From Octopus sinensis (Eukaryota), in contig NC_042998.1 of NCBI RefSeq assembly GCF_006345805.1, positions 9,610,001-9,674,000 on the forward strand: a DNA stretch of 64,000 nucleotides, in the 5' to 3' direction. Shown in pieces: positions 63,537 through 64,000 of this stretch. The notes beneath the pieces are model-generated. The model searched no databases. It was not told the DNA's origin and worked only from the letters and a program-made list of their open reading frames with translations. Each line of letters starts with the position of its first letter. The first letter of the stretch is position 1. Made by a program: the position numbers and the translations under genes.

Positions 63537-63777
63537 ACCGCTGCCACCATGTTATGTGTTATTTCATTCTAATGGGATAGACAACCAATATGAAAGCCAC
63601 TGTTATTGTTTTACGTGTTTATTTACTTTTCATGTCACACAAACTGGCCACATTCAGCACAGCGACACCTATATAACTTTAGACACAGCGGAGTAATACT
63701 TATAAAATAGTGCCAAAAGCGGGGACGCATTCCACACACGCACGCCCACGCACACGCATATATATGAATGTGTAACA
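63537..63777 (-). mobile_element. Gypsy-type LTR (~63550-63777) with tRNA-Leu primer-binding site (63537-63549)
   Basis: Minus strand reads TGTTA...AATAAA...CATAACA followed by PBS TGGTGGCAGCGGT. The distal LTR boundary is tentative. Confidence 0.65.
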
Positions 63778-64000
63778 CTCATTGTATGTGCATATTTCAG
63801 CACACACATGCATGTGTGTGTATGTGTGCTTGCCTGATGTGCCAAAACAGGTTGACTGTCCAGCCAGCCATGCCAAACCATTGGCAGCCAAACAGCTGCA
63901 CCTAATTGTCTCATCCTGTGACTAAGCCTAACACTGAAGAACAAATACAGTCCACCTAACAAAACTTCTGTAGTTATTCTTTACTTGATTTCATCCGTGT

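Noticed and set aside
63700-64000. Candidate first coding exon of WDTC1 (e.g. MAGWTVNLFWHI with a GC donor, or ...GAAATCAA|gtaaag at the window end)
   Set aside because: The splice phases do not join the phase-0 acceptor at 59897 without a stop; the true first exon was not identified.

Overview
Eukaryotic, AT-rich, intron- and repeat-dense genomic DNA. The SINE/RTE repeat families and (TA)n/(CA)n load suggest a coleoid cephalopod, most likely Octopus (inference). Two convergent genes are present. RNPS1 (+ strand) contributes its last three coding exons, 2382-5911. WDTC1/adipose (- strand) contributes 13 coding exons from 59897 down to the stop at 12247, 2109 nt joined in frame through GT-AG introns; its first short coding exon was not found in the window. 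The introns hold several tRNA-headed SINE families, RTE, CR1 and RTE-X LINE pieces, a hAT transposase fragment, piggyBac-type, hAT and Tc1/pogo MITEs, a Helitron and Gypsy LTR remnants. Two structures stand out. (1) A ~99% identical inverted duplication (30285-31710 vs 33840-35057) copies a whole WDTC1 exon with both splice sites into a downstream intron and traps the first TPR exon in the loop, so it is a candidate ADAR, splicing or circRNA switch. (2) A 476-bp TG...CA insert with a 5-bp TSD (60352-60827) reads as an integrated aberrant LTR-retrotransposon cDNA that copied its own tRNA-Leu primer. It shows A34->G, A58->C and a boundary at position 26, all known tRNA modification sites. All coordinates and identities were counted by eye and no database searches were run.
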